NCBI GenBank assembly: GCA_950097015.1
Contig: CATNEN010000005.1
Coordinates: forward strand, 930,001 to 994,000
From: Macrostomum hystrix
Taxonomy: Eukaryota > Animalia > Platyhelminthes
DNA length: 64,000 bases
Direction of reading: 5' to 3'
In this document: in pieces, positions 1-12,600 of the stretch
How the letters are laid out: each line of letters opens with the position of its first letter
Position numbering within the stretch: position 1 is the first letter of the stretch
The notes under the pieces: generated by a model
The model's database searches: none
The model's input: only the letters and a program-made list of their open reading frames with translations
Told to the model about the DNA's origin: nothing
Position numbers and translations under genes: made by a program

Positions 1-196
1 GATTCTGGCCGAAATTTGTTATTTTCCCTTGGTATTAAAACAGGCGGCAAAATGGCTTGGTAGTCCTATAGTCCTACTGTTAATGTACTCGTAGCACGAA
101 AGGGCTGCAACAATCTGCATTTTAAAACAATCACCCTGATTTCGATTATACTGGGTAGCAGATTTTGAAACAATAGAGTTCATAGGTACTACTCAC

Positions 197-3100
197 AGCT
201 TTGTCTCCAGTCCTGGAGATTCAACTTTATTTTCATTGTAGATGTTTCCATCTCTAGTTGAGTAAAATGCGTCTAACTTGAATGGTGTCGTTTTAAACAG
301 AGCTTGAAACGTTTTCGTTTTGTTCAGTTCGTCTAAAAAGAAATTTAATGACGAGGAGTATACAGACCATCTATACCTGTTAGGAAATGTTTACTCTACC
401 TGTAAGATACGGACTAACTATATCTGCTAGGCAATGACTAACTGTACCTAACTATAATTTTCGGACTAACTATACATGTTGATGACTACCCGTATCTGTT
501 AGGTAATCACTCACTGTACCTGTAAGATACGGACTATACAACCATCTGCAGAAAGACACAATATGTGCATGCCAAACTAAGCAATAAATTTACTCACTTT
601 CAAACTGATCGAACTCTTGAAGATTAGTGAATGAAGCTAAACGAACATCTCGCCTATCTCCAGATGCGGTGTCGTTTAGAGAATTGTAACGAATTGCAGC
701 AATGTAGCAATGCGTGCTGCCACAGTGCAGATAACCACTGCCATGACCTGGACTAACACTGATGACTTGTGGTTCTCGTTGCACGGCTAGATTGTTTGTG
801 ATTTTAGCTGCAATCCTGAGATACATTGTGCTGTAGATTCGAGTAGGTGTGATCTCTTTTGCCCTTTGCTAGTAATTGGCTTAAAATAACAAGACATTTA
901 CATTTTGGTACGAGCTTTACCTTGTACAGATGGGTACAATAGTCAATGGACTTTGGAACTTTCGAGGTATGATATACTTTCGTTCACTGAAATCTGAAAT
1001 GGTGATTTAGTAAAACTTTAAATATGAAAGAGAAATTGAAGTATATAATAAAAAAGCTTATCAAAGACATTTAGGGCCTTTAAACCCATAGACAGAACTG
1101 AAGGGCTGGTCGGTTAAATTTCATGAAAAACCATAGTACAGGTTTCATTTATGGTCAAAGTTTTAGTCTATGGTGTATGACAGGGATCGGCAAACTTATT
1201 AGATAGCGGGCCAAAGAGAGAACCTAAAAGATATGACATCGGGCCACATTGACTGTAGAAATGAGATTGGGGAGAGATGAGACACGGGAGAGATGAGACA
1301 CGGGAGAGATAAGACACAGAAGAGATGAGACAGGGGGAGATGAGGCACAGGAGAGATGATCAGACACAGGAGAGATGAGACACAGAAGAGATGAGACAGG
1401 GGGAGATGAGGCACAGGAGAGATGATCAGACACAGGAGAGATGAGACACAGAAGAGATGAGACATGAGAGATGAGGCACAGGAGAGATGAGGCACAGGAG
1501 AGATGAGACACAGAAGAGATGAGACATGAGAGATGAGGCACAGGAGAGATGAGACATGAGAGATGAGACACAGAAGAGATGACAGGGGGAGATGAGGCAC
1601 AGGAGTGACGAGACGGCGGACAGATGAAGCAGGACACTGCAGGTGTCGGAAAGGGCAACTGGCCGGGTTTGGGAACTTTGAGTGCCGCATCTGGCCCGCG
1701 TGCCGGAGTTTGCCGACCCCTGCTCTATAGTCTAACCCCTACATATCAGGTAAGGAATTCGTTTTCCTTCCGTAACATGCAAGCCCCTACTTACACGCTG
1801 TTTAATAGGCTACAATAAACTAATATCATTGTTAAGTCTTCAAACTATCCCATTGTAAAATTATACAGACATATTTGTGTCAGAAAGCTACTTTCAGTGA
1901 TGCTAGTTTACAACAGATAATGGTCTTCTCACCGTTTTCCTTATTCTGTACATAATATCGAAATGGAAACTCATCGTTTGCATCGCCGTTACTCAAAATG
2001 ACAAAATACTTTGGCGCTTTCTGAGTTTTGAGCTCCCACGTGCACAACTGTCGAGTCTTTGTTGAAAATTTTTCGTCTAGAACAGGAAGAACAAGTTTTA
2101 CTTTTCCGTTAGGAGCATAATCTATGGTAAATACCGTCGTCGTGTCGTCAACGCATCTTGCTTTTTGCAGACCGATCTCTTTTTGCTCAGCGTACACTGC
2201 AACCCTGAAATTGTCGGGAAAGCTATAGGTTAACAGTACAAAGACCACGACTTCAAATACCCTACTGACCTACGCGCTACGCGCCTCGACGTTTACCTCG
2301 TTTCAGCCCTCTGCAGCCTATCAATATTGGTGTATTGTAGTTTAGCGGGCGTGAAACGCGTTACAAGGCCCGCCCGCTGTGCATATATTTGGAATTCGAC
2401 CATAGACAACAGCAGAGGGCGGGCTGCCGTTAGTTTTAGTTAGTTTTAGTTAGTTTTCAACCTCGTTTCAACACGCGTAGGCTAATTACAATATACACTT
2501 TTTTGCTTGATGTACGCTTTTCTGGCATTGCCTAAAATTTCACTTGGAGGCAATGGCCTTCAGGCACAAAAATAGTGCTTTTACTGTACATTAAACAAGA
2601 TAGTACTTGGTTTCATTTCGTTAAAAACTGCGAGGCAATTTACACATGCATACAAGGGGGTCAGTGGCAGAGCGGTTAATGCGTTTGCCTCTCGCACCAA
2701 GGTCCCTAAGTTCGATTCCACGGCGAGGCCACATTTATTTGGGGCGCAGCCGCGGAGAGAAGGCTTGGGGGCTTGTCGTGCAATTTACGCCCTTGAGGGC
2801 CAACCTCCAAGACACAGTGAGAGTGAACACTGCCTGCCGATCAGACAGTCTGGGCAGATGTACACACCTGTGTGAGCGTATGCCTGTGTACAGTATCTGT
2901 GTGCGTCTGTGCTCAGGAGTCAGCGAAATGGGCAGAATTGCCTCCTCGCTGGCTGCAGGTCTAGTGTCACTAAATGATGTGCCATTGCCCGCAGCCCTCC
3001 TGCAATTATTAATATTATTATTACACATGCACGCGCATTTTCTAGTTTCTTTTTTTCAGAGTTTAAACGTTTTTTATCAAGTGCATATTCGCTGGTACCA

Positions 3101-3225
3101 CAGACCAAGGTCTACATAAGTAATGAAAAATGCTATACAAGTACAATACACAATGAAAAACTGAATACTTACTTCGCAGTTAATAGGATGCCCGCGAGAC
3201 GACAGACTATGGTACTTGCTAGCAT
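197..3225 (-). CDS. Spliced host gene of unknown function, 5' part; exons 3173-3225, 1933-2222, 598-807, 197-332, continuing toward or beyond the window start
   Basis: Four open segments bounded by AG/GT(G/A)AG sites join in phase (2,1,1): MLASTIVCRLAGILLTA-NFPDNFRVAVY...QNKEN-AKITNNLAVQ...FDQFE-NELNKTKTFQ...ETKL. The N-terminus is hydrophobic. No family recognised. Confidence 0.55.
1181..1722. mobile_element. hAT (Charlie-like) MITE
   Basis: 16-bp TIR CAGGGATCGGCAAACT / AGTTTGCCGACCCCTG (15/16 match), with subterminal GCGGGCCA / TGGCCCGCG typical of Charlie-type ends. The 8-bp flanks (GTGTATGA vs CTCTATAG) match poorly. Confidence 0.6.
1261..1625. repeat. GA-rich degenerate minisatellite (GAGATGAGACAC-type) inside the MITE
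   Basis: Repeated GAGAGATGAG(A/G)CAC units. Confidence 0.85.
2340..2482. repeat. Dispersed repeat (second copy about 34545-34655)
   Basis: GGCCCGCCCGCTGTGCATAT..GGAATTCGACCATAGACAACAGCA..GGGCGGGCTGC..TTCAACCTCGTTTCAACACGCGTAGG occurs at both loci. Confidence 0.65.
2656..3024 (+). mobile_element. tRNA-derived SINE, family A
   Basis: A box TGGCAGAGCGG, B box GTTCGATTCC and (TTA)n-like tail. Near-identical body at 5750-6110 and a diverged copy at 3644-4010. Confidence 0.75.
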
Positions 3226-3643
3226 ACTTGCTGATTGACCTAGCTGACTGGCGGTTACATGGATTTATGAGATCAGTATAGCTAAATATGTTTTGTACAA
3301 AAGAGTAAATTATTTCACTAAACAGAAGAAGGACCACGGGGTATACGAGTGTAGCAGCGACAAAATTTATTAGGAATAAAACTGTTTTATAGCGTTTAAA
3401 AGCACGAACTCACAGTGTTCTCATTGTTAAAAATAAAGAAATAGCCCACTCTTATCGAGAATCTGAGAATTAAAATGGTTGCTAATCGTTTGCTGCTGCA
3501 CTCTTGGAACAATATGGGACTAAAATGTTTCTATTTTTAGACTTGTGGGTGTTTTGCTTAGTGTTTATGTCCATCAGACCTATGAGCTAGGACTTAGCTA
3601 AAGCAAATTTAAAAGTATTACAGGCAGAAGTGAGTCACCCTTT

Positions 3644-4010
3644 GGGGGGTCAGTGGCAGAGCGGCCAACGCGTCTGCCTCTCGCACCTAGGTTCAGAGCT
3701 TGATTCCGCGGCGAGGCCAAATTCAATTTGGGGCGCAGCCGCGGAGAGAAGGCTTTGTTGGCTAGTTAGGCAATTTACGACAATGAGGGCCAGCCTCCAA
3801 GGCACAGTGAGAATGTACACTGCCTGACGATGAGAAAGTCAGGCAGATGTACACACCTGTGTGAGCGTGTGCCGGCGTACGGTATCTGTCTGCGTGTGTG
3901 CTGATGTGTCATGAGTCAGTGGGACAGAATTGCCTCCTCGTCCTCGCTGGCTGTGGGTCTAGACTCTAGTGACACCAAATGAAGTGCCATTGCCCGAAGC
4001 CCCCTCCGAA
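3644..4010 (+). mobile_element. tRNA-derived SINE, family A (diverged)
   Basis: Colinear with 2656-3024 (GGGGTCAGTGGCAGAGCGG...GGCAGATGTACACACCTGTGTGAGCGT...CCATTGCCCG). Confidence 0.7.
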
Positions 4011-4544
4011 TAGTCGCACTATTTGACATTTTAATCTGGTTCGATTAGAAAATTTTAAGAACGGGACTAATTACTGTCATTCAAAAAGCAAAAAATTAAA
4101 AACTAGGCAACAGAAACAGAACATTAAACAAACCTGTATTTGTGGGCACTGCTGATGTTGGTCTTTGTTATATTGATAAGCGCTTAAGTTTTGTAGGCTT
4201 GAAAATTTAACCTGTTATATATTGTTTTTAATAGCCATTTTTAGCAATTACGTTGGATCCATATTCATTGTTCATTATTTGAATAATGTACATGGAATTT
4301 TCCGCTTTTTTATACAATGCACAATCATGAAAGCGTCTTGACTGAAGCTACTGGTCAGTGAGTAGCGACGTATGCTCAACGTAGCTTGTAATTTAATTTA
4401 ATAATAGCATTGAAAATGAAAGAAAGGCACCCCTACTCCAGCAAATTATCTCTACCTTATCTGTTCTGTGAATATACACCCACTCATTCTCTACTCTGCA
4501 GCTATGTCATTAATAGCAATTATTAATAATACTAATAATAATTG

Positions 4545-4832
4545 ATTACACCTGCCCCAATTGGGTCAGATGTGCAGCCGACAGCTCAGCCGCAGCTATT
4601 GCGCGGCGCATCTGAAGGCTGCGTACAGGTGTTCAATCCATGGACTGGGGGGACGCCACACCCACCTTCAATTATCCCAGCTGATGCTGATACCTATTTA
4701 ACAGCTGGGTGAACTGAAGCAATGCAGAGTTAAGTGTCTTGCTAAAGGACACAAAAAGTTCCAGTAGAGTCGGGAATCGAACCTCCGACCTTCAAGTCAT
4801 GAGTCCGACGCTCTAACCACTAGGCTACAACC
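4545..4832 (-). mobile_element. tRNA-derived SINE, family B
   Basis: Minus strand reads TGTAGCCTAGTGGTTAGAGCGTCGGACTCATGACTTGAAGGTCGGAGGTTCGATTCCCG followed by a non-tRNA body shared with 35571-35850. Confidence 0.75.
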
Positions 4833-4974
4833 TCTTATGTTACTTAAAGTAGCATTATTGGTATTTTCAAATTATTATTTGAAACCGTACACTTTCTGTC
4901 ATCCATGTAGAATAGCAGTCCAAGACAAAGACTGTTCTAGCTTTTGTAAAATATTTTAATTATGTCTATCAGAT

Positions 4975-5285
4975 GTTTATTATAACAGGTGTTCATTTTA
5001 TCTGTCAGGTGTCCACTATATCTAACAGGTGTTCATGCGATCTAACAAGTGTTCAAATTACCCAACAGGTGTTCATATTATCCAGTGGGTGTATATTTTA
5101 AGCAACAGGTGTTCATTTCATCTAACAGGTGTTCATTTTATATAACAGATGTTATTTTTATCTAACAGCGCAGGTGTCATCTAACTGGTGCTTATTTTAT
5201 GTTACAGGTGTCGATTCTGTATAACAGGTGTTCGTGTTTTACTATATCTAGTAGTTATTTCTGTCTAACAGCTTGTTGTCTAACA
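4975..5285. repeat. Degenerate ~20-bp tandem repeat (TATCTAACAGGTGTTCATTT)
   Basis: Recurrent AACAGGTGTTCA core at ~20-bp spacing. Confidence 0.75.
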
Positions 5286-5479
5286 ATGTTCTGCATCTCA
5301 CTGTGCGAATTAATTAAAGTGAAATATTTAGGAATGTCGGAAGATTCCGGTAGAAGACAAGGTATTGCTGGATAATCTAGAAAATTGTTCGACAATTTTC
5401 TTCCCTCGCCGAGTAAAATTGTTAAATCGCAGCACCTGACTATGAAATATAATAAGCCAGTAAAAATGTCTGATCACGT

Positions 5480-6645
5480 TAGATCAACAGAAATCTTGTG
5501 TGCAGAAATAAACACTGCAAAAGTTCTGGAATAAGTATTTTTTCATTAAATTTGTGCTTGGGCTCAGAATTCTCCACTGAAATGGCTAACGAAAATACGG
5601 CTGAAATACAGGTAGAGTTGCTCGCTTGACAACAATTAAGTAGAGAAAACTCAAAATCAACATTTAAGTTAAATTTTTCTAGAACTTGCCCAATGCATTT
5701 CGACCACAATCGAAATTTAAACAGGACACCTGCAACAAGCGGTCTAGGAAGGGGTGTCGTTGGCAGAGCGGTTATCGCGTTGCCTCTCGCACCACAGTCC
5801 CTAAGTTCGATTCCACGGCGAGGCCACATTAATTTGGGGCGCAGCCGCGGAGAGAAGGCTTGGGGGCTTGTCGTGCAATTTACGCCCTTGAGGGCCAACC
5901 TCCAAGACACAGTGAGAGTGAACACTGCCTGCCGATCAGACAGTCTGGGCAGATGTACACACCTGTGTGAGCGTGTGCCTGTGTAAATTATCTGTGTGCG
6001 TCTGTGCTCAGGAGTCAGCGAAAAGGGCAGAATTGCCTCCTCGCTGGCTGCGGGTCTAGTGTCACTAAATGATGTGCCATTGCCCGCAGCCTTCCTGCAA
6101 TTATTATTACAAGCGTATATTAGTGGTCTAGAAACACGGGACTTTAACCTGAAGACAAACTGAGCAATATTTTTCGTACGGAACAAAACCCGGATCTGGG
6201 AATCAATGCGACTTCTAAACAATTTTCCACTTTCTTCCCAAACTCCATGGACCAGAGGCCCAAATAAGGAACCACAATAACGGGGCTACGATCATTATTG
6301 AGATCTTTCTTCTGAGTATGATTTTGACCAGAGAACTTCTGGCAGGGAAATTTATTAATGATGCTGGAAATATGGCCACGAGGTTATCCATTCATCATGA
6401 GCAGCCGAGTAAGCTGCTCCAGCTCATCAGGAAAATGCTTCCAGGAACCGTCTTTCCATTGCCTAGGGCAGAGGGCATCAAACCCAAGCATGAGACCACT
6501 GAAGCTAGCTTTTCTGAACACACTAGTTTGAATCAAACCTTTACTCGTATCAACGTCAATTTCCACAAAGGGAAGTTTCACCACCCCCCAGAAGTAAACT
6601 TGATGTTCTAAACTTGGCCTCATTGTCGAAAATAGCAAACGTATG
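5480..6645 (-). mobile_element. Decayed Penelope-like retroelement fragment (RT C-terminus, linker, start of GIY-YIG region), interrupted by a SINE
   Basis: Frame-shifted translation gives TFAIFDNEAK..KLPFVEIDV..IQTSVFRKASFSGLML..DELEQLTRLLMMNG*P..VPYLG..QIRVLFRTKNI..RPLVAGVLFKF..CIGQ. This follows the PLE pattern LPFLD / TSVYRK / NGYP / LPY / GVVYKF..YIG. Confidence 0.6.
5750..6110 (+). mobile_element. tRNA-derived SINE, family A, inserted in the Penelope-like fragment
   Basis: Near-identical to 2656-3024; GGTCTAG occurs in both flanks (about 5741 and 6125). Confidence 0.75.
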
Positions 6646-7130
6646 ACATCTCTACCTACATCTCTCTCTACTCTCATACTATCTACCTACATCTCTCTCT
6701 ACTCACATGCTATTTACCTACATCTCTCTCTACTCTCATACTATCTACCTACATCTCTCTCTACTCTCATACTATCTACCTACATCTCTCTCTACTCACA
6801 TGCTATTTACCTACATCTCTCTCTACTCTCATACTATCTACCTACATCTCCCTCTACTCTCATACTATCTACCTACATCTCTCTCTACTCTCATACTATC
6901 TACCTACATCTCTCTCTACTCTCATACTATCTACCTACATCTCTCTCTACTCACATGCTATTTACCTACATCTCTCTCTACTCACATGCTATCTACCTAC
7001 ATCTCTCTCTACTCACATACTATCTACCTACATCTCTCTACTTTCATACTATCTACCTACACCTCTCTCTGCTTATACGAGCTATAATATCTACCTACAC
7101 CTCTCTCTACTCACATATTACCTACCTACA
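6643..7130. repeat. CT-rich ~30-bp minisatellite (CTCTCTCTACTCTCATACTATCTACCTACA); reverse-complement arrays at 7297-7458 and 8760-9058
   Basis: Direct inspection of tandem units on both strands. Confidence 0.85.
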
Positions 7131-7459
7131 CCTCTCGGACGATCTAGCTGATGTACTCAGTACGACCATCCTGACAGCTCATGAAACCTCTTGCCCCCTT
7201 AAAGCCTACAAAGGCAATGAAATCCGCTCCCTGGTGGAACCCAGCGCTTGGAACCCTCCGGCGCAAGGCCAAATCCCTCCAGCGGATGGATTCAACGCAG
7301 AGAGATGTAGGTAGATAGTATGAGAGTAGAGAGAGATGTAGGTAAATAGCATGTGAGTTAAGAGAGGTGTAGGTAGTTAATATGTGAGTAGAGAGAGGTG
7401 TAGGTAGATAGTATGCGAGTAGAGATATGTAAGTAGTTAATATGAGAGTAGAGAGAGGT

Positions 7460-8760
7460 TCAACAAGCACGGCCCTGCACCTTGTTTAGGGCCTTCAAGA
7501 CCCCTTTGGTCTCCAGGGCACTATTCCAGATGAAGCCGGCAAAAGAAATGGCCGGTCTTACAATGGTAGTGTAAATCCACCAGGGACGGCGGGGGTGAGG
7601 CCCCAGGTGGCACCGGCAGCTCTGCGGATCTGCGCGAGCGTCGCGAGAGCTTTGCAAGTTTTGAATTTGACGTGAGGTGTCCAGCTCAGCCTGTGGTCGA
7701 GGATGACACGTAAGCATCTGGTTTGCTTCTCTATGGCGATGGGTTTGTCATAGAGAAGAAGAGGCTCAATCCTCCAGTTTCGTTTGCTGGTGAACATAAT
7801 GGCGACGGTATTGGACTCAGAGAGTTTGAGGCCGCAGCCATGAGTTCAGCGCTCGGCACGGTGGATGAAAACTTGCAAAAGGTCTCTAAGGACCGGGGAG
7901 ACGTTTCAGCCACAGTGGCGGTGACGTCTTCAGCATATAGCCGAGAGCGATGAGTTCCTCCGCTCAACGTGAAGGAGGCGCCAAAGAACAAGCCTTTCAA
8001 GCAGCTTAAGAAAGAAGGATGTTAAGCTGATGGGGCGGAAGGCTTTGGCGGAATGCTAGTCTCCCTTCCCAGGCTTGGGGATGAAGACGATAGTGGCTTC
8101 CTGCCAAGACCTGGGTACGTACCCGAGGGTGATACAGGCCTTGAACAGGTTGCAGAGGAGGCCGAGGAACCTGTCATTTTTCACCGCTTCATGCAGGAAG
8201 GCGGGGTAAATGTTGTCAGGTCCAGGCGACTTAAAATGTGAGAAGGAATTAGCAGCGCGAGCTGTCCGTTCTCTAGTGACAATGGCGGTCGCAAGGATGT
8301 GTCCACCCGGAGTGTGGTCCAGCGGGTCCTGAAGCGGCGCGGTCCGGGAGAAAGCGCTGGCGAGCATGATGTCCAGCCATTCGCCAGGATTCTCAGCAAG
8401 CCGGCCGTCCGGTCTTTTGATCACTGAGAGCTTCGACATTTTGTCAAGAGTGAGCGCTTTTACAACGCGAGAGGTTGGGCGGGCGCCCTCCAGCTCGGCG
8501 CAGTATTGGCGCCACTTTTTGGACTTCGCTTTCCTGGTGTCACTCTTAAAGTCGCGAATCGCATTCTGGTAGGCGGTCAGGTCAGCTGGGTCCTTGCTTT
8601 TTCGCGCAATCCGCTGGAGGGATTCGGCCTTGCGCCGGAGGGTTCCAAGCGCTGGGTTCCACCAGGGAGCGGATTTCATTGCCTTTGTAGGCTTTAAGGG
8701 GGCAAGAGGTTTCATGAGCTGTCAGGATGGTCGTACTGAGTACATCAGCTAGATCGTCCG
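7460..8760 (-). mobile_element. Decayed non-LTR retrotransposon (LINE) ORF2 fragment, probably R1/LOA-related
   Basis: APWWN, FKSPGPDNIYP, GYVPRSWQEATIVFIPKPGKGD, AFRPISLTSFFLKLLER, LYAED (YADD-like), GATWGLTP..WWIYTTIVRP motifs; contains frameshifts, a stop and an internal deletion. Confidence 0.85.
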
Positions 8761-9649
8761 AGAGGTGTAGGTAGGTAATATGTGAGTAGAGAGAGGTGTA
8801 GGTAGATAGTATGAGAGTAGAGAGAGGTGTAGGTAGATAGTATATAAGCAGAGAGAGGTGTAGGTAGATAGTATGAGAGTAGAGAGAGATGTAGGTAGAT
8901 AGTATGTGAGTAGAGAGAGATGTAGGTAAATAGCATGTGAGTAGAGAGAGATGTAGGTAGATAGTATGTGAGTAGAGAGAGATGTAGGTAAATAGCATGT
9001 GAGTAGAGAGAGATGTAGGTAGATAGCATGTGAGTAGAGAGAGATGTAGGTAGATACATGTGGTATGAGATTAGAGAATGAGTATGAAATTCTATGAACT
9101 ATGGTCAGTGATCGCGAGTTGATGGAATAAGTCCCCAAAAAAGCGAACCGTTCGTGTCCCGGACATTGGCAAAGGACACGATCAAGTGATCAAACCGGAC
9201 AAAAAAGCGACCCTCTGAAAGCAGAGAAGTAGTCGCGATAGGAAGTCCGCTTCGTCGAGTCGGACCTCTCGCCCCGACCACTCATAATTTTTCTGCGTTG
9301 AATTCTCATCGGACTGTGTAATGGCGGCCCTGACAGAAAGGCATTCATCAAACTGTGCAATCTGTCACCCCGTGTGCTCTTATTCTGTGCCTCAATTACT
9401 ATTTTTGTGCTTATAGTTCGGAGACTAAAATGGGAAGCGGGAATTTTGGGTGCCTATGAAAATCTGTGCTTTTTGGTGCCAAGCGAACTCTTTAAAGAAA
9501 TTAAACTTAAAGTTGATTAAAAACGATTTTTTGGGTCCAATGTTTTTTAAGGGACAATAAAATAGAGAATATACAGAATAAATATAAAAATAACGATCAA
9601 AACACGATAATAAATGAGTATAAATGAAATACGATAGGTGATAGAGTAA

Positions 9650-12600
9650 AGAGTAGGGTGGAAGTAGGAGAAAGTAGAGAGAGTAGGGTGGAAGGAGGAG
9701 AAAGTAAAGAGAGTAGGGTGGAAGGAGGAGAAAGTAGAGAGAGTAGGGTGGAAGGAGGAGAAAGTAGAGAGAGTAGGGTGGAAGGAGGAGAAAGTAGAGA
9801 GAGTAGGGTGGAAGGAGGAGAAACTAGAGAGAGTAGGGTGGAAGGAGGAGAAACTAGAGAGAGTAGGGTGGAAGGAGGAGAAACTAGAGAGAGTAGGGTG
9901 GAAGGAGGACAAAGTAGAGAGAGTAGGGTGGAAGGAGGAGAAAGTAAAGAGAGTAGGGTGGAAGGAGGAGAAACTAGAGAGAGTAGGGTGGAAGGAGGAG
10001 AAAGTAGAGAGAGTAGGGTGGAAGGAGGAGAAACTAGAGAGAGTAGGGTGGAAGGAGGAGAAAGTAGAGAGAGTAGGGTGGAAGGAGGAGAAAGTAGAGA
10101 GAGTAGGGTGGAAGGAGGAGAAAGTAGAGAGAGTAGGGTGGAAGTAGGAGAAAGTAGAGAGAGTAGGGTGGAAGGAGGAGAAACTAGAGAGAGTAGGGTG
10201 GAAGGAGGACAAAGTAGAGAGAGTAGGGTGGAAGGAGGAGAAACTAGAGAGAGTAGGGTGGAAGGAGGAGAAAGTAGAGAGAGTAGGGTGGAAGGAGGAG
10301 AAAGTAGAGAGAGTAGGGTGGAAGTAGGAGAAAGTAGAGAGAGTAGGGTGGAAGGAGGAGAAAGTAGAGAGAGTAGGGTGGAAGGAGGAGAAAGTAGAGA
10401 GAGTAGGGTGGAAGGAGGAGAAACTAGAGAGAGTAGGGTGGAAGGAGGAGAAAGTAAAGAGAGTAGGGTGGAAGGAGGAGAAAGTAGAGAGAGTAGGGTG
10501 GAAGGAGGAGAAAGTAAAGAGAGTAGGGTGGAAGGAGGAGAAAGTAAAGAGAGTAGGGTGGAAGGAGGAGAAAGTAGAGAGAGTAGGGTGGAAGGAGGAG
10601 AAAGTAGAGAGAGTAGGGTGGAAGGAGGAGAAAGTAGAGAGAGTAGGGTGGAAGGAGGAGAAAGTAAAGAGAGTAGGGTGGAAGGAGGAGAAAGTAGAGA
10701 GAGTAGGGTGGAAGGAGGAGAAAGTAGAGAGAGTAGGGTGGAAGGAGGAGAAAGTAGAGAGAGTAGGGTGGAAGGAGGAGAAAGTAGAGAGAGTAGGGTG
10801 GAAGGAGGAGAAACTAGAGAGAGTAGGGTGGAAGGAGGAGAAACTAGAGAGAGTAGGGTGGAAGAAGGAGAAAGTAGTGAGAGTAGGGTGGAAGGAGGAG
10901 AAAGTAAAGAGAGTAGGGTGGAAGGAGGAGAAAGTAGAGAGAGTAGGGTGGAAGGAGGAGAAAGTAAAGAGAGTAGGGTGGAAGGAGGAGAAACTAGAGA
11001 GAGTAGAGTGGAAGTAGGAGAAAGTAGAGAGAGTAGGGTGGAAGGAGGAGAGAGTAGATAAAGTAGGGTGGAAGGAGGAGAAAGTAGATAAAGTAGAGTG
11101 GAAGGAGGAGAAAGTAGATAAAGTAGAGTGGAAGGAGGAGAAAGTAGAGAGAGTAGGGTGGAAGTAGGAGAAAGTAGAGAGAGTAGGGTGGAAGGAGGAG
11201 AAAGTAGATAAAGTATGGTGGAAGGAGGAGAAAGTGGAGAGAGTAGGGTGGAAGTAGGAGAAAGTAGAGAGAGTAGGGTGGAAGTAGGAGAAAGTAGATA
11301 AAGTAGGGTGGAAGTAAGAGAAAGTAGAGAGAGTAGGGTGGAAGAAGGAGAAAGTAGAGAGAGTAGGGTGGAAGGAGGAGAAAGTAGAGAGAGTAGGGTG
11401 GAAGGAGGAGAAAGTAGATAAATTAGGGTGGAAGGAGGAGAAAGTAGAGAGAGTAGGGTAGAAGGAGGAGAAAGTAAAGAGAGTAGGGTGGAAGGAGGAG
11501 AAAGTAAAGAGAGTAGGGTGGAAGGAGGAGAAACTAGAGAGAGTAGGGTGGAAGGAGGAGAAAGTAGAGAGAGTAGGGTGGAAGGAGGAGAAAGTAGAGA
11601 GAGTAGGGTGGAAGGAGGAGAAAGTAGAGAGAGTAGGGTGGAAGGAGGAGAAAGTAGAGAGAGTAGGGTGGAAGGAGGAGAAAGTAGAGAGAGTAGGGTG
11701 GAAGGAGGAGAAACTAGAGAGAGTAGGGTGGAAGGAGGAGAAACTAGAGAGAGTAGGGTGGAAGAAGGAGAAAGTAGTGAGAGTAGGGTGGAAGGAGGAG
11801 AAAGTAGAGAGAGTAGGGTGGAAGGAGGAGAAAGTAAAGAGAGTAGGGTGGAAGGAGGAGAAAGTAGAGAGAGTAGGGTGGAAGGAGGAGAAAGTAAAGA
11901 GAGTAGGGTGGAAGGAGGAGAAACTAGAGAGAGTAGAGTGGAAGTAGGAGAAAGTAGAGAGAGTAGGGTGGAAGGAGGAGAGAGTAGATAAAGTAGGGTG
12001 GAAGGAGGAGAAAGTAGATAAAGTAGAGTGGAAGGAGGAGAAAGTAGATAAAGTAGAGTGGAAGGAGGAGAAAGTAGAGAGAGTAGGGTGGAAGTAGGAG
12101 AAAGTAGAGAGAGTAGGGTGGAAGGAGGAGAAAGTAGATAAAGTATGGTGGAAGGAGGAGAAAGTGGAGAGAGTAGGGTGGAAGTAGGAGAAAGTAGAGA
12201 GAGTAGGGTGGAAGTAGGAGAAAGTAGATAAAGTAGGGTGGAAGTAAGAGAAAGTAGAGAGAGTAGGGTGGAAGAAGGAGAAAGTAGAGAGAGTAGGGTG
12301 GAAGGAGGAGAAAGTAGAGAGAGTAGGGTGGAAGGAGGAGAAAGTAGATAAATTAGGGTGGAAGGAGGAGAAAGTAGAGAGAGTAGGGTAGAAGGAGGAG
12401 AAAGTAAAGAGAGTAGGGTGGAAGGAGGAGAAAGTAAAGAGAGTAGGGTGGAAGGAGGAGAAACTAGAGAGAGTAGGGTGGAAGGAGGAGAAAGTAGAGA
12501 GAGTAGGGTGGAAGGAGGAGAAAGTAGAGAGAGTAGGGTGGAAGGAGGAGAAAGTAGAGAGAGTAGGGTGGAAGGAGGAGAAACTAGAGAGAGTAGGGTG

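Noticed and set aside
4770-4832. tRNA gene-like sequences here and at 2656, 18580 and 35571
   Set aside because: A/B boxes are followed by a shared non-tRNA body with no complete cloverleaf, so these are SINE heads.
2646-6222. ORFs 2646-3119, 2735-3028, 3630-3827, 5479-6222, 5693-5986
   Set aside because: They read through SINE copies (and PLE remnants); the same peptide recurs wherever the SINE does.
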